Assembly (NCBI GenBank): GCA_041497135.1
Contig: JBGQFX010000011.1
Location: 5,908-69,907, forward strand
Source: Gemmatimonadota bacterium
GTDB taxonomy: Bacteria > Gemmatimonadota > Gemmatimonadetes > Gemmatimonadales > GWC2-71-9
DNA length: 64,000 nt
Reading direction: 5' to 3'
The number at the start of each line of letters is the position of its first letter. The stretch's first letter is position 1. Shown here one piece after another: positions 48,962-58,986 of this stretch. Below the pieces are notes generated by a model. The model saw only the letters and a program-made list of their open reading frames with translations. It made no database searches and was not told the origin of the DNA. The position numbers and the translations under genes were made by a program.

Positions 48962-49293
48962 AACAGCCGGCTCCCCAGGGGCACGTCTCGCTCGGGATGA
49001 ACGAGCACGATGTCGCCCGGCTCGACATCGATGCCCAGCGTGAGGACCTCGGAGAAGTAGTTGGCGATCTGGCGCGGCGGGAAGTTCACGACGGCCAACA
49101 CCAGCCTGCCGATGAGATCCTCCTTGCCGTAGTGCAGCGTGATCTGCGCGCTGGACGATTTCACCCCCAGAGGGCCGAAGTCGATGCGCAGCTTCCAAGC
49201 CGGCTTGCGCGCCTGTGGAAACTCATCGACGGCGACGATGCGGCCGACCCGCATGTCGACTCTGGCGAAGTCCTCGTAGGCAATCTCAGGCAT
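48958..49293 (-). CDS. csaA: tRNA-binding domain protein CsaA
   Basis: 111 aa. FARVDMRVGRIVAVDEFPQARKPAWKLRIDFG..SSAQIT..VVNFPPRQIANYFSEVLTLG closely parallels Bacillus CsaA as I recall it. GGGAGGA lies 5 nt upstream. Its stop overlaps the msrA stop. Confidence 0.85.
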   Translation of the reverse strand: MPEIAYEDFARVDMRVGRIVAVDEFPQARKPAWKLRIDFGPLGVKSSSAQITLHYGKEDLIGRLVLAVVNFPPRQIANYFSEVLTLGIDVEPGDIVLVHPERDVPLGSRLF

Positions 49294-49673
49294 CGGTGTC
49301 CTCCCTGGAGGTCACAACGCTCGATAGTCCGCGTGGAATCTAGCCTTTCTGTGATTGGCTCGACGTGTTCGGCGCCTTGAGGACGAGAACCGCTTCATTC
49401 CCCAGTCCTTCTTTCCTGTCGCGGTCAACACCACCTACTCCATCGCGACGTCCGGGGTCGGCCCACAGGTGACGCTCGGACGGGGCCCGATGCGGCTGTA
49501 TGGGTTTGGGACCTTCGGTGCGTCCTGCATCTCGGCGCGCTCCTGACCCACTCATCACTCCTTGATTCCCCGCCGGCACATTTCTGAAACTGAAGCCCTC
49601 TCTCCACCGTTTCCTGACACAGTGTCGTGTTCGCAGTTCCGTCATGCCGTTTGTCCGCTAACTTTCCGGCCCT

Positions 49674-52600
49674 ATGAGACTCTCCGAAACCTCCATTCGC
49701 CGCCCCGTCCTGGCCAGCATGCTGTCGGCCGCCCTGGTGCTGTTCGGGGTCATCGGGTACACCCGCTTGTCGGTACGCGAGCTCCCGGACATCGATCCCC
49801 CGATCATCTCGGTCTCCACGGTGCTGCCCGGCGCGAACGCGCAGGTCGTGGAGACCGCGGTCACCGACGTCCTCGAGGAGGAGCTGTCTACGATCCAGGG
49901 ACTGCGCACGCTCTCGAGCTCGTCCTCGGAGCAGAGCAGCAACATCACCCTGGAGTTCACCCTCGACCGGCCCGTCGATGTCGCCGCGCAAGACGTACGC
50001 GACAAGGTGTCGCGTGTCCGCGGGCGGCTGCCGGTGGACGTACTCGAGCCGGTGATCGCCAAGCAGCAGGCCGACGCGCAGCCGTTCTTCTGGCTGGCGT
50101 TGAGTAGCTCGAACTATGATCTGATGCAGCTCTCCGACGTCGCCGACCGCCTGGTCAAGGCTCGGCTGCAGAGCCTGCCGGGCGTCGGGAGCGCTGGGGT
50201 CTATGGGGAGCGGCGCTATGCGATGCGGGTGTGGGTGCAGCCCGAGCAGCTGTCGGCGCGCAGCCTCACCGTACAGGACGTGGAAGGCGCGATCACCTCG
50301 CGCAACGTCGAGATCCCCGCCGGCCGCATCGAATCGACGCGGCGCGAATTCTCGGTTCGCTCGCTGGGCGAGCTGAAGACCCCGCAGGAGTTCGGCGAGC
50401 TGGTGGTGGCGAGCCAGGGGACTCAGGTCGTCAAGCTCAAGGATGTGGCCAACGTCGAGCTGGGGCCGGAGGACGATCGTTCCATCTTCCGTTTCAACGG
50501 AATTCCCGCCGTCGCTATCGGCGTGGTCCGGCAATCCAAGGCGAACCTCATCCAGGTGGCCCAGCGCATTCGCGAGGCGCTCCCCGGCATCCAGCAGACC
50601 CTGCCCCCGGGTGTGAAGCTCTTAATTGCCTTCGACGGGTCGGTATTCGTCACGCATTCGATCAAGGACGCGCGCCTGACACTGTTCATCGCGGCGATCC
50701 TTGTGGTGCTGATCATTTTCGTCTTTCTGCGCAACCTCCGCGCCACGATCATCCCGGGGCTCGCGATCCCGACGTCGATCATCACGGTGTTCGCGATCCT
50801 GTACTTCCTCGGCTTTTCGATCAACAACTTCACGTTGCTCGCGTTGACCATCGCGATCGGGATCGTGGTGGACGACGCGATCATCGTGCTCGAGAACGCG
50901 TATCGGCATCAGGAGGAGCTGAACGAGAAACCGGTGCAGGCGGCGGTCAACGGGACCAACGAGATCGGCTTCGCCGTGATCGCGACGACCATCGCGCTCG
51001 TGGCGGTGTTCACGCCTCTCGCCTTCCTGCAGGGCACGACAGGTCGGTTGTTCAACGAATTCGGCGTCGCCATGGCCGGCGCCGTGATCATTTCCGGCTT
51101 CGTGGCGCTGACCTTGACGCCGATGCTGTGCGCCAAGATCCTGCGCGTGTCGCGCGAGCACGGCCCCGTGTTCAAGGTGTTCGAGCGCGGCTTCAACGCC
51201 ATCGCCGAGCGCTACGCGACATTGCTGCGGTCCGCGCTGCGGCACCGGGTCCTCGTCGTCGTCGGGACGGGCGCGTCGGTGCTCCTGGCGGTCGTGTTGT
51301 ACAAGAACCTCAAACAGGAGCTCCTCCCGGACGACGACCGCGGGTTCTTCCTGGTGGTGTCCTCGGGGCCCGAGGGCGCGTCGCTCGACTATATGGACGG
51401 GTATGTGCGCCAGGTCGAGCAAATCATCGGCAAGACCCCCGATGTGCAGGGCTACTTCACGATCATTGGCGGATTCGCCGGGGGCGTCAACCGGTCGTTT
51501 GTCGGGGTCATCCTCAAGGATTGGAGCGAACGGCACACCACCGTCCAGCAAATGGTGGGCGGACTGTTTCCCCAGCTCTTCGGGATCGCGGGCATTCGGG
51601 CGTTCCCCTACAGCCCCGGGGCGCTCGGGTTCAGCCAGCCGATCCAGTACGTCGTGCAGAATCCGGATTTCGCGCGGCTCGCCCAGGCGATGGACACCCT
51701 GGTGCCGCGGGTGCGCGCCATCAAGGGTCTCACGAACGTGGATACAGACCTGCGCGTCAACAAGCCTGAGTTGCGCGTCACCTTCGATCGGGACCGCGCC
51801 GAGGACCTGGGCGTGCCGGTGCGCGACGTCGCGGCCGCGTTGCAGACGTTCCTCGGCGGCCGCCGGGTGAGCACGTTCACCCGCAACGACAAGCTGTACT
51901 ACGTCATGGTGCAGCTCGATCCCGCGCACCGGGCCACGCCGAGCGACATGTCGGGGATCTACCTGCGGGGAAACAACGGGCAGCTGGTCCAGCTGTCGGC
52001 GCTCGCCAAGGTCGAAGAGGGCGTGGGCCCCCGGCAGATCAATCACTTCAACCGCGTGCCCTCGTTCACGCTGTCGGCTTCGCTGATTCCACCCTTCGCC
52101 CAGGGCGAGGCGCTCGATTCGCTCGATCGGTTGGCCAAGCAAGTGCTCCCGCCGGGCAGCACGACCGCCCTGGCGGGTGATTCCCGTGAGTTCCGGGAGA
52201 GCGGTGGCGCCTTGTACTTCGCGTTCGGCATCGCCCTGCTCGTCGTGTTCATGGTGCTCGCGTCGCAGTTCGAGTCGCTGGTGCACCCGTTCACGGTGCT
52301 CCTGGCGGTGCCGCTGGCCGTGACCGGAGCGCTGGCGACCTTGCTCGTGGCCGCGCTGATGCATCGTCCCGGAGGGACCATCAATCTGTACAGCGAAATC
52401 GGCATGATTCTGCTCATCGGGCTCGTGACCAAGAACTCGATCCTGCTGGTCGAATACGCGAACCAGTTGAAGGCACGCGGTCTGGACACCGTGGCCGCCG
52501 TCATCGAAGCCGGCCGCATCCGGCTGCGTCCAATTCTCATGACGTCGGTGGCGACGATCATGGGCGCGATCCCGGTGATGATCGGACTCGGTGCGGGCTC

Positions 52601-52766
52601 GACGTCCCGCCGGCCGCTGGGATACGCGATCGTGGGTGGCATCTTCTTCTCCACCGTGCTCACATTGTTCGTCGTGCCGGTGGCCTACACGCTGCTCGAC
52701 CGGTTGCGTGCACGGGAGGCGCACGACCTCCAACAGACAGCCCTCGAGCCGGCGGAGGCAAAGTGA
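49674..52766 (+). CDS. RND efflux transporter permease (AcrB/HAE1 family)
   Basis: 1,030 aa with 12-TM RND architecture. N-terminus SIRRPVLASMLSAALVLFGVIGY..LPDIDPP. GIVVDDAIIVLENAYRH and the second-half TM bundle ..LLIGLVTKNSILLVEYANQ.. are present. Confidence 0.95.
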   Translation: MRLSETSIRRPVLASMLSAALVLFGVIGYTRLSVRELPDIDPPIISVSTVLPGANAQVVETAVTDVLEEELSTIQGLRTLSSSSSEQSSNITLEFTLDRPVDVAAQDVRDKVSRVRGRLPVDVLEPVIAKQQADAQPFFWLALSSSNYDLMQLSDVADRLVKARLQSLPGVGSAGVYGERRYAMRVWVQPEQLSARSLTVQDVEGAITSRNVEIPAGRIESTRREFSVRSLGELKTPQEFGELVVASQGTQVVKLKDVANVELGPEDDRSIFRFNGIPAVAIGVVRQSKANLIQVAQRIREALPGIQQTLPPGVKLLIAFDGSVFVTHSIKDARLTLFIAAILVVLIIFVFLRNLRATIIPGLAIPTSIITVFAILYFLGFSINNFTLLALTIAIGIVVDDAIIVLENAYRHQEELNEKPVQAAVNGTNEIGFAVIATTIALVAVFTPLAFLQGTTGRLFNEFGVAMAGAVIISGFVALTLTPMLCAKILRVSREHGPVFKVFERGFNAIAERYATLLRSALRHRVLVVVGTGASVLLAVVLYKNLKQELLPDDDRGFFLVVSSGPEGASLDYMDGYVRQVEQIIGKTPDVQGYFTIIGGFAGGVNRSFVGVILKDWSERHTTVQQMVGGLFPQLFGIAGIRAFPYSPGALGFSQPIQYVVQNPDFARLAQAMDTLVPRVRAIKGLTNVDTDLRVNKPELRVTFDRDRAEDLGVPVRDVAAALQTFLGGRRVSTFTRNDKLYYVMVQLDPAHRATPSDMSGIYLRGNNGQLVQLSALAKVEEGVGPRQINHFNRVPSFTLSASLIPPFAQGEALDSLDRLAKQVLPPGSTTALAGDSREFRESGGALYFAFGIALLVVFMVLASQFESLVHPFTVLLAVPLAVTGALATLLVAALMHRPGGTINLYSEIGMILLIGLVTKNSILLVEYANQLKARGLDTVAAVIEAGRIRLRPILMTSVATIMGAIPVMIGLGAGSTSRRPLGYAIVGGIFFSTVLTLFVVPVAYTLLDRLRAREAHDLQQTALEPAEAK

Positions 52767-54058
52767 TCCTGTCTCTGCTCGCGGCGCTGCAGGTGGCGTC
52801 CGCCCAGGACTCAGTGCCGGTGGTGACGCTGCCCCAGGCGCTCGAGCAGGCGGCTCGGCTCGACCCGAGTTACGTCTCGGCTGCTGGGCAGGTGAACAAC
52901 GCCGAGTGGGCGCGCCGTGCGGCGTTCGCGGTATTCATCGTACCGGCGATCACGTTGTCGGCTAATCAAACGCACTATTGGCCGCCAACCTTCAATTTCG
53001 TCACGTTTACCGCGACCGCCCCAAACACGTTTGCGGCGACGATCGATGCTCGCATCGACGTTTTCACCGGAGGACAAAAACTCGCCGGACTGGCCTCGAG
53101 CGGAGCGGCGCTTGAGAGTGCCCACGCCGGGGAGCTGCAAGCGCGTCTCACCACTGCGATGAACACGGAATCGGACTTCTATTCGGTGCTGGCACAGCGG
53201 GCGTTGGAACGGGTAGCCGATGATCGGCTCCATCGCGCCGAGCAGCAATTCACGGTGGCGCGCGCCCGGGTCACCTCGGGAGCCGCCGTCCAGACCGATT
53301 CCCTGCAGCTGCTGTTGGAATTGGCCCAGGCGCGCGTGGCCTTGTTGCAGCAACAATCGGCGCTGCGGGCGGCGCAGCTGCAACTGGGCCGGCGCATCGG
53401 CCTGCCGGGTCCGGCGGATGCCGCCCCGGTGCTCGACGATTCGACGACCATGCGCGTCCTGCCCTTTACGGTATCGGATGCGGTGGCGCGCGCGCTTTCG
53501 CAAGGTCCGGCCTGGCGCATCGCGCGCGCCAAGGAGCGAGCGGCTTCGGCGCAGCTCTGGTCTCGACGGGGGGACTATCTGCCCCACGCGTCCCTCGACT
53601 TCACGGGTGGCGCGTTCGACACGGACAAGTTTTATCCGAATGCGATCAAGCGGTCGACACTCTCGCTGACCGTGACGTTCCCGTTGTGGAACAACGGACA
53701 GCGGGAGATTCAACTGTCACAGGCGCGCGTGAACCGCGACGTCGCGCGGGCGATTCGCGTTGACCTCGAGCGCTCGGCCTGGCACGACGTGGCCGTCGCC
53801 TACGACGCCTACGAGACGAGCCGGGCCACGGTGGCGCTGGAGCAAGACGCGGTGCTCGTGGCTCGGGAGAACAACCGCGTTCAGGAGAAGCGCTACCGGG
53901 GCGGGGCGACGACGATTCTCGATCTCCTGGATTCCCAAAACCGCCTGGTCTCAGCGGAGGCGGATCTGGTCCAGGCCCTGTACAACACGCGGCGCGCGCG
54001 CGCGGGGTTGGAAGTCATCCTCGGCGAGCGCATCACCTTCGATCAGGAAACACCGTGA
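52763..54058 (+). CDS. TolC-family outer-membrane factor of the RND system
   Basis: Signal MILSLLAALQVASAQ. LPQALEQAARLDPSYVSA.. and a duplicated helical-hairpin architecture. The GTG start overlaps the RND stop (GTGA). Confidence 0.85.
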   Translation: MILSLLAALQVASAQDSVPVVTLPQALEQAARLDPSYVSAAGQVNNAEWARRAAFAVFIVPAITLSANQTHYWPPTFNFVTFTATAPNTFAATIDARIDVFTGGQKLAGLASSGAALESAHAGELQARLTTAMNTESDFYSVLAQRALERVADDRLHRAEQQFTVARARVTSGAAVQTDSLQLLLELAQARVALLQQQSALRAAQLQLGRRIGLPGPADAAPVLDDSTTMRVLPFTVSDAVARALSQGPAWRIARAKERAASAQLWSRRGDYLPHASLDFTGGAFDTDKFYPNAIKRSTLSLTVTFPLWNNGQREIQLSQARVNRDVARAIRVDLERSAWHDVAVAYDAYETSRATVALEQDAVLVARENNRVQEKRYRGGATTILDLLDSQNRLVSAEADLVQALYNTRRARAGLEVILGERITFDQETP

Positions 54059-55149
54059 AGAACCGCTACGACGTGGGGCGTGGTGCAGGCTACGCGGCGG
54101 TCGCCGTCCTGGCGGCCCTGGCGTGCGGCAAGGGCAAGGGCGGGGCGCCGGGTGGCGGGCCCGGCGGCGGCATGCCGCCCGGCATGCCGGTCGAGGTCGC
54201 GGTCGCCCGCGCCGATACCGTGCGCGACGAAATCGCCGCGACCGGACAGATCGAAGCGGTGCAATCGATCGAGCTGCGCCCCGACGTGGAGGGCCGGATC
54301 GTCGACATCCTGTTCCGGGAGGGCCAGCAGGTCGCGAGAGGAACGCCGCTGTTCCAGATCGACTCGGTCGAGCTCGCGGCCCAGGTGGCGCAGCTCGCCG
54401 CACAGCGGGATCTGGCGCAACAGGATCTGGCGCGCACCAAGGACCTGGTGGCGCAGAACGCCGCCTCCACCTCCGATTTGGAGCACGCCGAGGCGAGCTC
54501 TCGCAGCGCAGAGGCGCAACTGCGGCTGCAGAGCACCCGGCTTGCCCGGACCACGGTGCGGGCACCCTTTGCCGGGGTAGTGGGGCAGCGGTTCGTGAGT
54601 CTGGGCGACTACGTCACCACTTCGAGTCGGCTCGTTTCGCTGCAGACCAGCAATCCACAACGCGCCTCGTTCCAGGTGCCCGAGCGCTACGCGCGTTCGC
54701 TTCAGCGAGGGCAGCAGGTGACCTTCCGCGTCGGGGCCATCGCCGGCCGGGACTTCGTCGGCGAGGTGGACTTCGTGGATCCCGTCGTTCAGCTGCCGGG
54801 ACGCACGATCCTCGTCAAAGCCCGCGCGCCGAACCCGCAGGGACTGCTCCAGCCCGGCATGTTCATCGAGGCGCACCTCGTCACCGGCATGCGGCCCAAA
54901 GCCGTCGTCGTCCCCGAAGACGCGGTGGTGCCGCTGCAGGGGGCGAATTTCGTCTGGGTAGTGACGGAAGGGAAAGCCAACCGTCGCCAGGTGGGTCTCG
55001 GTGTGCGGACGCCCGGCTTCGTCGAGATCGCGAGCGGCGTGGACGCGGGCGAGCAGGTCGTGGTGGGCGGCCTGGAGCTCCTGTTCCCCGGAGCTCCCGT
55101 CATGCCCAGGGTGGTGGACCGCACGCAGGCGGCGCCCCGGGAGCAGTAG
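54055..55149 (+). CDS. RND efflux periplasmic adaptor (MFP)
   Basis: Lipobox-like VLAALACGKG. GQIEAVQSIELRPDVEGRIVDILFREGQQVARGTPLFQID is a lipoyl-type motif. It also has a coiled coil, then VRAPFAGVVG and a beta-barrel. The GTG start overlaps the OMF stop (GTGA). Confidence 0.9.
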   Translation: MKNRYDVGRGAGYAAVAVLAALACGKGKGGAPGGGPGGGMPPGMPVEVAVARADTVRDEIAATGQIEAVQSIELRPDVEGRIVDILFREGQQVARGTPLFQIDSVELAAQVAQLAAQRDLAQQDLARTKDLVAQNAASTSDLEHAEASSRSAEAQLRLQSTRLARTTVRAPFAGVVGQRFVSLGDYVTTSSRLVSLQTSNPQRASFQVPERYARSLQRGQQVTFRVGAIAGRDFVGEVDFVDPVVQLPGRTILVKARAPNPQGLLQPGMFIEAHLVTGMRPKAVVVPEDAVVPLQGANFVWVVTEGKANRRQVGLGVRTPGFVEIASGVDAGEQVVVGGLELLFPGAPVMPRVVDRTQAAPREQ

Positions 55150-55161
55150 CAAGGAGCCGCC

Positions 55162-56136
55162 GTGCCAGCACCACGAGGGTGGTGTCTCGTCGCCGGTCTC
55201 GCGCTGGCCTGCACGGCCTCGCACACTCGTTCTGTGTCCCCCCAAGGCGACGCGATCGCCGCGGTCCCCCTCGAGGTCGGGCTCGGCTATCCCCGGGGCT
55301 CACGACTCCTGATTCTGCACTTCGACGACCTGGGCACGACCCGCTCGGGCAATGCCGCCGTGCAAGCCGCCCGGGACTCGGGGCTCACCGTGTCGGGCAG
55401 CGTGATCGTGCCGGGGCCCTGGTTTCAGGAAACGGCGGCGTACGCGCGGGCCCATCCGGATTTCGATCTCGGGGTGCACCTCGCCCTCACCAGCGAATGG
55501 CCCGGATACCGCTGGGGATCGGTCGCCCCGCGCAGCACCGTCCCCACGCTGCTGGGCGGGGACAGCCTGCTGCTCCGCGAGTGGACCGATTCGACGCGGG
55601 TCCGGTGGCAGGACGTCGAGCAGGAGCTGCGCGCGCAACTCGCCGCCGCCCGGGCAGCGGGCATCCGGCCGACGCACGTCGACGTGCACGAGTTCGTGCT
55701 GTTCACCCGCGGCCCGGTTCTGTTCGAGGTACTGCGCCGGGTCGCCGACGAAGCGGGCGTGCCGCTGCTCAGCGCGCGCGAGTGGGTTTCCGGTCGCCGC
55801 GAGATGCGCAAGCTGCCCAGCGGTCCACTCGAGCTGGCGCGGGTGATCTCGATCGCTCCGGACGTGGCGCCCTCCGATTGGGACAGTTGTTACGTGGATC
55901 AGATCCATGCGCTCCCGGCCGGCGTTTCAGAGCTCATCGTGCATCCGGCGCTCGATTCGCTGGACGTAAGGACCCTGACGATGGGGCGAGTGAACTGGGG
56001 CGCGGCGTGGCGCGTGCGCGACTGGAAATTCGTCGCCAGCCGGCGCTTTCGCCGGTTGCTCCGGGAAGAAAACATTCACCTGGTCACCTGGCGGCAAATC
56101 GATTCGGTACTGGCCGCGGCAGGGACCCGACACTAA
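55162..56136 (+). CDS. ChbG/YdjC/HpnK-family carbohydrate deacetylase, lipoprotein
   Basis: AAGGAG lies 5 nt upstream of the GTG. Lipobox LALAC. Family motifs LILHFDDLGTTRSGNAAVQAA and GVHLALTSEW. Confidence 0.7.
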   Translation: MPAPRGWCLVAGLALACTASHTRSVSPQGDAIAAVPLEVGLGYPRGSRLLILHFDDLGTTRSGNAAVQAARDSGLTVSGSVIVPGPWFQETAAYARAHPDFDLGVHLALTSEWPGYRWGSVAPRSTVPTLLGGDSLLLREWTDSTRVRWQDVEQELRAQLAAARAAGIRPTHVDVHEFVLFTRGPVLFEVLRRVADEAGVPLLSAREWVSGRREMRKLPSGPLELARVISIAPDVAPSDWDSCYVDQIHALPAGVSELIVHPALDSLDVRTLTMGRVNWGAAWRVRDWKFVASRRFRRLLREENIHLVTWRQIDSVLAAAGTRH

Positions 56137-56164
56137 GCCACCTGCGATGGAGAAGGAGACGAGC

Positions 56165-56695
56165 ATGACCGGCAGTGTGATTTCCCGCCCTCCGGCGGAC
56201 GAGTATGCGCCGTACTACGGCGGCTATGTCGGTCGGGTCCCCGACGGCGACGTGCTCGCCCTCCTCGCCGCCCAGCTGGGCGAGACGCTGCAGCTCATCA
56301 AGGCGATCCCGGAGGCGCGCGGCACGCATCGCTACGCGCCTGGCAAGTGGAGTATCAAGGAAGTGATCGGCCACATCTGCGATACCGAGCGCATCATGAG
56401 CTATCGCGCGCTGCGCATCGCGCGGGGCGACGCCACGCCGCTGCCGGGATACGAGCAGAACGACTATGCGCCGGCCGGCGAATTTGACCGGCGCACGCTT
56501 GCCGATCTGGGTGAAGAGCTGTCCGCCATCCGCCAGGCCACGCTGCACCTGTTCCGGCACCTGGGACCGGCGGCACTCACCCGGCGCGGCACCGCGAGCG
56601 GCAATCCGTTCACGCCCCGCGCCCTCGCCTACGTCATCGCCGGTCACGAACAGCACCACGTCGACATCCTGAAAACGAAATACCTGGAGTCGTGA
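56165..56695 (+). CDS. DinB-family (DinB_2) metal-dependent protein
   Basis: ..YAPGKWSIKEVIGHICDTERIMSYRAL.. and the C-terminal AGHEQHHVDILKTKY supply the His triad typical of the DinB four-helix bundle. The ATG at 56165 has GGAGAAGGAG ending 6 nt upstream. The alternative ATG at 56147 lies within that SD. Confidence 0.8.
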   Translation: MTGSVISRPPADEYAPYYGGYVGRVPDGDVLALLAAQLGETLQLIKAIPEARGTHRYAPGKWSIKEVIGHICDTERIMSYRALRIARGDATPLPGYEQNDYAPAGEFDRRTLADLGEELSAIRQATLHLFRHLGPAALTRRGTASGNPFTPRALAYVIAGHEQHHVDILKTKYLES

Positions 56696-56704
56696 CGCTG
56701 CTCG

Positions 56705-57748
56705 ATGGGCTGTCCCAACCCACTGTTTGAAGCGGTTCCGGCGGCCGCGGGGCAGATCCCGTGGATGCCGCTCGCCACGCTGCCCACACCGGTGGACGAG
56801 CTCCCGGTTCCAGCCGGCGGCCAGGGCCGGTTGTTCGTCAAGCGCGACGATCTGACATCGCCTCTCTACGGCGGCAACAAGGTCCGCAAGTTCGAATACC
56901 TGCTCGCCGACGCGAAGCGGCGCGGCGCCCGCACACTCGTGGCGCTGGGGGGCATCGGTTCGAATCAAGGGCTGGCCGTGGCGCTGCATGGCCGGGCAGA
57001 GGGTTTCGCCGTGGAGCTATCGCTCGCCTGGCAGCCGGTCACGGACGATGTGCGGCGCAACCTGCGCGGCATGATCGCGGCGGGCGCCCGCCTGCACTAC
57101 GCCACGACCACGCTCGGCGCCGTGTGGAACGCCTCCCTGGTGGCGCGTTCCCTGCGGCGGACCGGTGCGGCGCCATACGTGCTTCCCCTCGGCGCGACCA
57201 GCGCGCTCGGGTCGCTAGGCTACGTCGCGGCCGCGCTCGAGCTGGCCGGGCAAGTTCGTGATGGCCTGCTCCCCGAGCCCGACCGCATTTTCGTGGCGGC
57301 CGGAACGTGCGGGACCGCGGCCGGGTTGGCTGTGGGCTGCCGGCTGGCGGGGCTGCGATCACGCGTGATGGCGGTCCGTATCGCGGAACGAGCGTTCACC
57401 AACACCCCGCTGCTGCTGTGGCAAGCGCATCGCGTCGCGGGATTGCTTGCCACTATCGATCGGCCGGCTCCCCGGATCCGAATCGGGTGGCGCGATGTGA
57501 CCCTCATCAGCGGGTATGCGGGCGCCCGCTATGGCGCGTCGACCCCGGCGGCCCAGGCGGCGATCGAGTGGGCTGCTCCGCGCTTGACGCTGGAGACCAC
57601 CTATACCGGCAAAGCCCTGGCCGCGTGTCTTGACGCGTGTCGCAAGGCGGGGCAAGCAGAAACGATACTCTTCTGGAACACTTTCAATTCCGCACCGTTT
57701 GCGCTGGCCCGGGCCTCGGGCCTTGCCGAGGCGCCGTTGCGTCACTAA
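56705..57748 (+). CDS. PLP-dependent ACC deaminase / D-cysteine desulfhydrase family protein
   Basis: FVKRDDLTSPLYGGNKVRKFEYLLADA contains the PLP-Lys motif of this fold-type II family. GGIGSNQGLAVA and AAGTCGTAAGLAVG are also present. Confidence 0.8.
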   Translation: MGCPNPLFEAVPAAAGQIPWMPLATLPTPVDELPVPAGGQGRLFVKRDDLTSPLYGGNKVRKFEYLLADAKRRGARTLVALGGIGSNQGLAVALHGRAEGFAVELSLAWQPVTDDVRRNLRGMIAAGARLHYATTTLGAVWNASLVARSLRRTGAAPYVLPLGATSALGSLGYVAAALELAGQVRDGLLPEPDRIFVAAGTCGTAAGLAVGCRLAGLRSRVMAVRIAERAFTNTPLLLWQAHRVAGLLATIDRPAPRIRIGWRDVTLISGYAGARYGASTPAAQAAIEWAAPRLTLETTYTGKALAACLDACRKAGQAETILFWNTFNSAPFALARASGLAEAPLRH

Positions 57749-57757
57749 GCCTGTAGC

Positions 57758-58546
57758 GTGCGAATCGCCATTACGCGGGCGGTGAGTCCCGCGATCGCCG
57801 ACTGCGAGCTCACCCACCTGGCGCGGCGGGCGATCGATTTCGAAACCGCCCAGACCCAGCACCACGCGTATGAGGCGGCGCTGCGCGCGCTCGGGTGCGA
57901 AGTGCACACCTTGCCGGCCGACCCGTCGCTCCCTGACTCGGTCTTCGTGGAGGATGTGGCGGTCGTCCTGGACGAAGTGGCGCTGCTGACGCGCCCCGGC
58001 GCGCCGTCACGGCGCCCGGAGACCGCGGCAGTGGCGGACGCCATGGCCCCGTACCGTCCGCTGCTCACCATCGAGGCCCCGGCCACGCTCGACGGCGGCG
58101 ACGTGCTCCGGATCGACCGCACGCTCTACGTCGGTTTGACCGACCGCACCAATCAGGCCGCGATCGACCAGATGGCGGTGGCGTGCGCGCCGCACGGGTA
58201 CGGAGTGCGCGCGGTGTCGGTGGACGGTTGCCTCCATCTCAAGTCTGCCGCGACGCTGGTGGCCCCCGGGACGGTGCTCTGTAACCGGCGTTGGATCGAT
58301 CCGTCGGTGCTCGCCGGGGTCGAAGTGCTCGAGGTCGACCCGGCCGAGCCCTATGCGGCCAACGGGCTCCTCGTGGGGGACCGGGTGATCTACCCGACCA
58401 GCTTTCCCGCCACCCGGCGGGTGCTCGAGCGGCGCGGCGTGGCGCTGCTGCCGCTCGATGTCTCGGAGCTGCAGAAGGCCGAAGGGGCGGTGACGTGCTG
58501 CAGTCTCGTCTTCGAGCGCCGCCTTCAACGAGGGAGCCCTCCGTGA
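57758..58546 (+). CDS. Dimethylarginine dimethylaminohydrolase-like (DDAH / amidinotransferase superfamily)
   Basis: MRIAITRAVSPAIADCELTH..IDFETAQTQHHAYEAAL, DSVFVEDVAVV, LDGGDVLRI and the C-terminal catalytic Cys context EGAVTCCSLVF. Confidence 0.8.
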   Translation: MRIAITRAVSPAIADCELTHLARRAIDFETAQTQHHAYEAALRALGCEVHTLPADPSLPDSVFVEDVAVVLDEVALLTRPGAPSRRPETAAVADAMAPYRPLLTIEAPATLDGGDVLRIDRTLYVGLTDRTNQAAIDQMAVACAPHGYGVRAVSVDGCLHLKSAATLVAPGTVLCNRRWIDPSVLAGVEVLEVDPAEPYAANGLLVGDRVIYPTSFPATRRVLERRGVALLPLDVSELQKAEGAVTCCSLVFERRLQRGSPP

Positions 58547-58986
58547 CGCAGCCGGGCCGCCGTCTCTACCTCGCCGGTTCGATCGCGCTCATCCTCGTCG
58601 CGGGGCTCCACACCTGGGGGCAGCTCGCGCCGCCACCGGCCGATCAAGCCTTGGCAACGGTGACCGGAATGATGCGCGGAGTCCGTCTGGACATGGGACT
58701 CGGCATGCACCCGTCGGTGTACGAGATCTTTCGCAGCCTGGCGTTCACGATGTCGGTCACGCTCGTCGTCATGGGTGTGTTCGGCGTGATCATCGCGCGG
58801 GCCGAGGATTCCTCCGGCCGCCTGTTGCGAAGGGCGATCCTCACGAGCACGATCGCCGTCGGGGTGCTCGTCGTCCTCTACGCCGTCTATCGCATTCCCC
58901 CGCCGCTTATCACGCTGGCCGTGGTCGAGCTGCTGTTCCTCACGGCGTTGGTGCGCGCCATTACGCCTAGGGTGTTCGGTCCATGA
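58543..58986 (+). CDS. Small integral membrane protein (about 4 TM), unknown function
   Basis: The GTG at 58543 overlaps the DDAH stop (GTGA). Hydrophobic segments: LYLAGSIALILVAGL, FTMSVTLVVMGVFGVII, TIAVGVLVVLYAV, LITLAVVELLFLTALV. The upstream part of the track ORF (58291..) is an out-of-frame shadow inside DDAH. Confidence 0.6.
   Translation: MTQPGRRLYLAGSIALILVAGLHTWGQLAPPPADQALATVTGMMRGVRLDMGLGMHPSVYEIFRSLAFTMSVTLVVMGVFGVIIARAEDSSGRLLRRAILTSTIAVGVLVVLYAVYRIPPPLITLAVVELLFLTALVRAITPRVFGP

Noticed and set aside
49340-49645. 101-aa (-) and 63-aa (+) ORFs in the 380-nt region upstream of the RND pump
   Set aside because: There is no SD and no recognisable family, and the composition does not look like coding sequence. 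I treated the region as a non-coding leader, though a small protein cannot be excluded.
50622-52733. 703-aa minus-strand ORF inside the RND pump gene
   Set aside because: It is antisense to an unmistakable AcrB-family frame, and the sequence is highly charged and low-complexity.
53760-56168. 802-aa plus-strand ORF spanning the OMF, MFP and ChbG region
   Set aside because: It is out of frame with three genes that have clear family motifs and coupled starts. The translation is Arg/Gly/Pro/Ala low-complexity.
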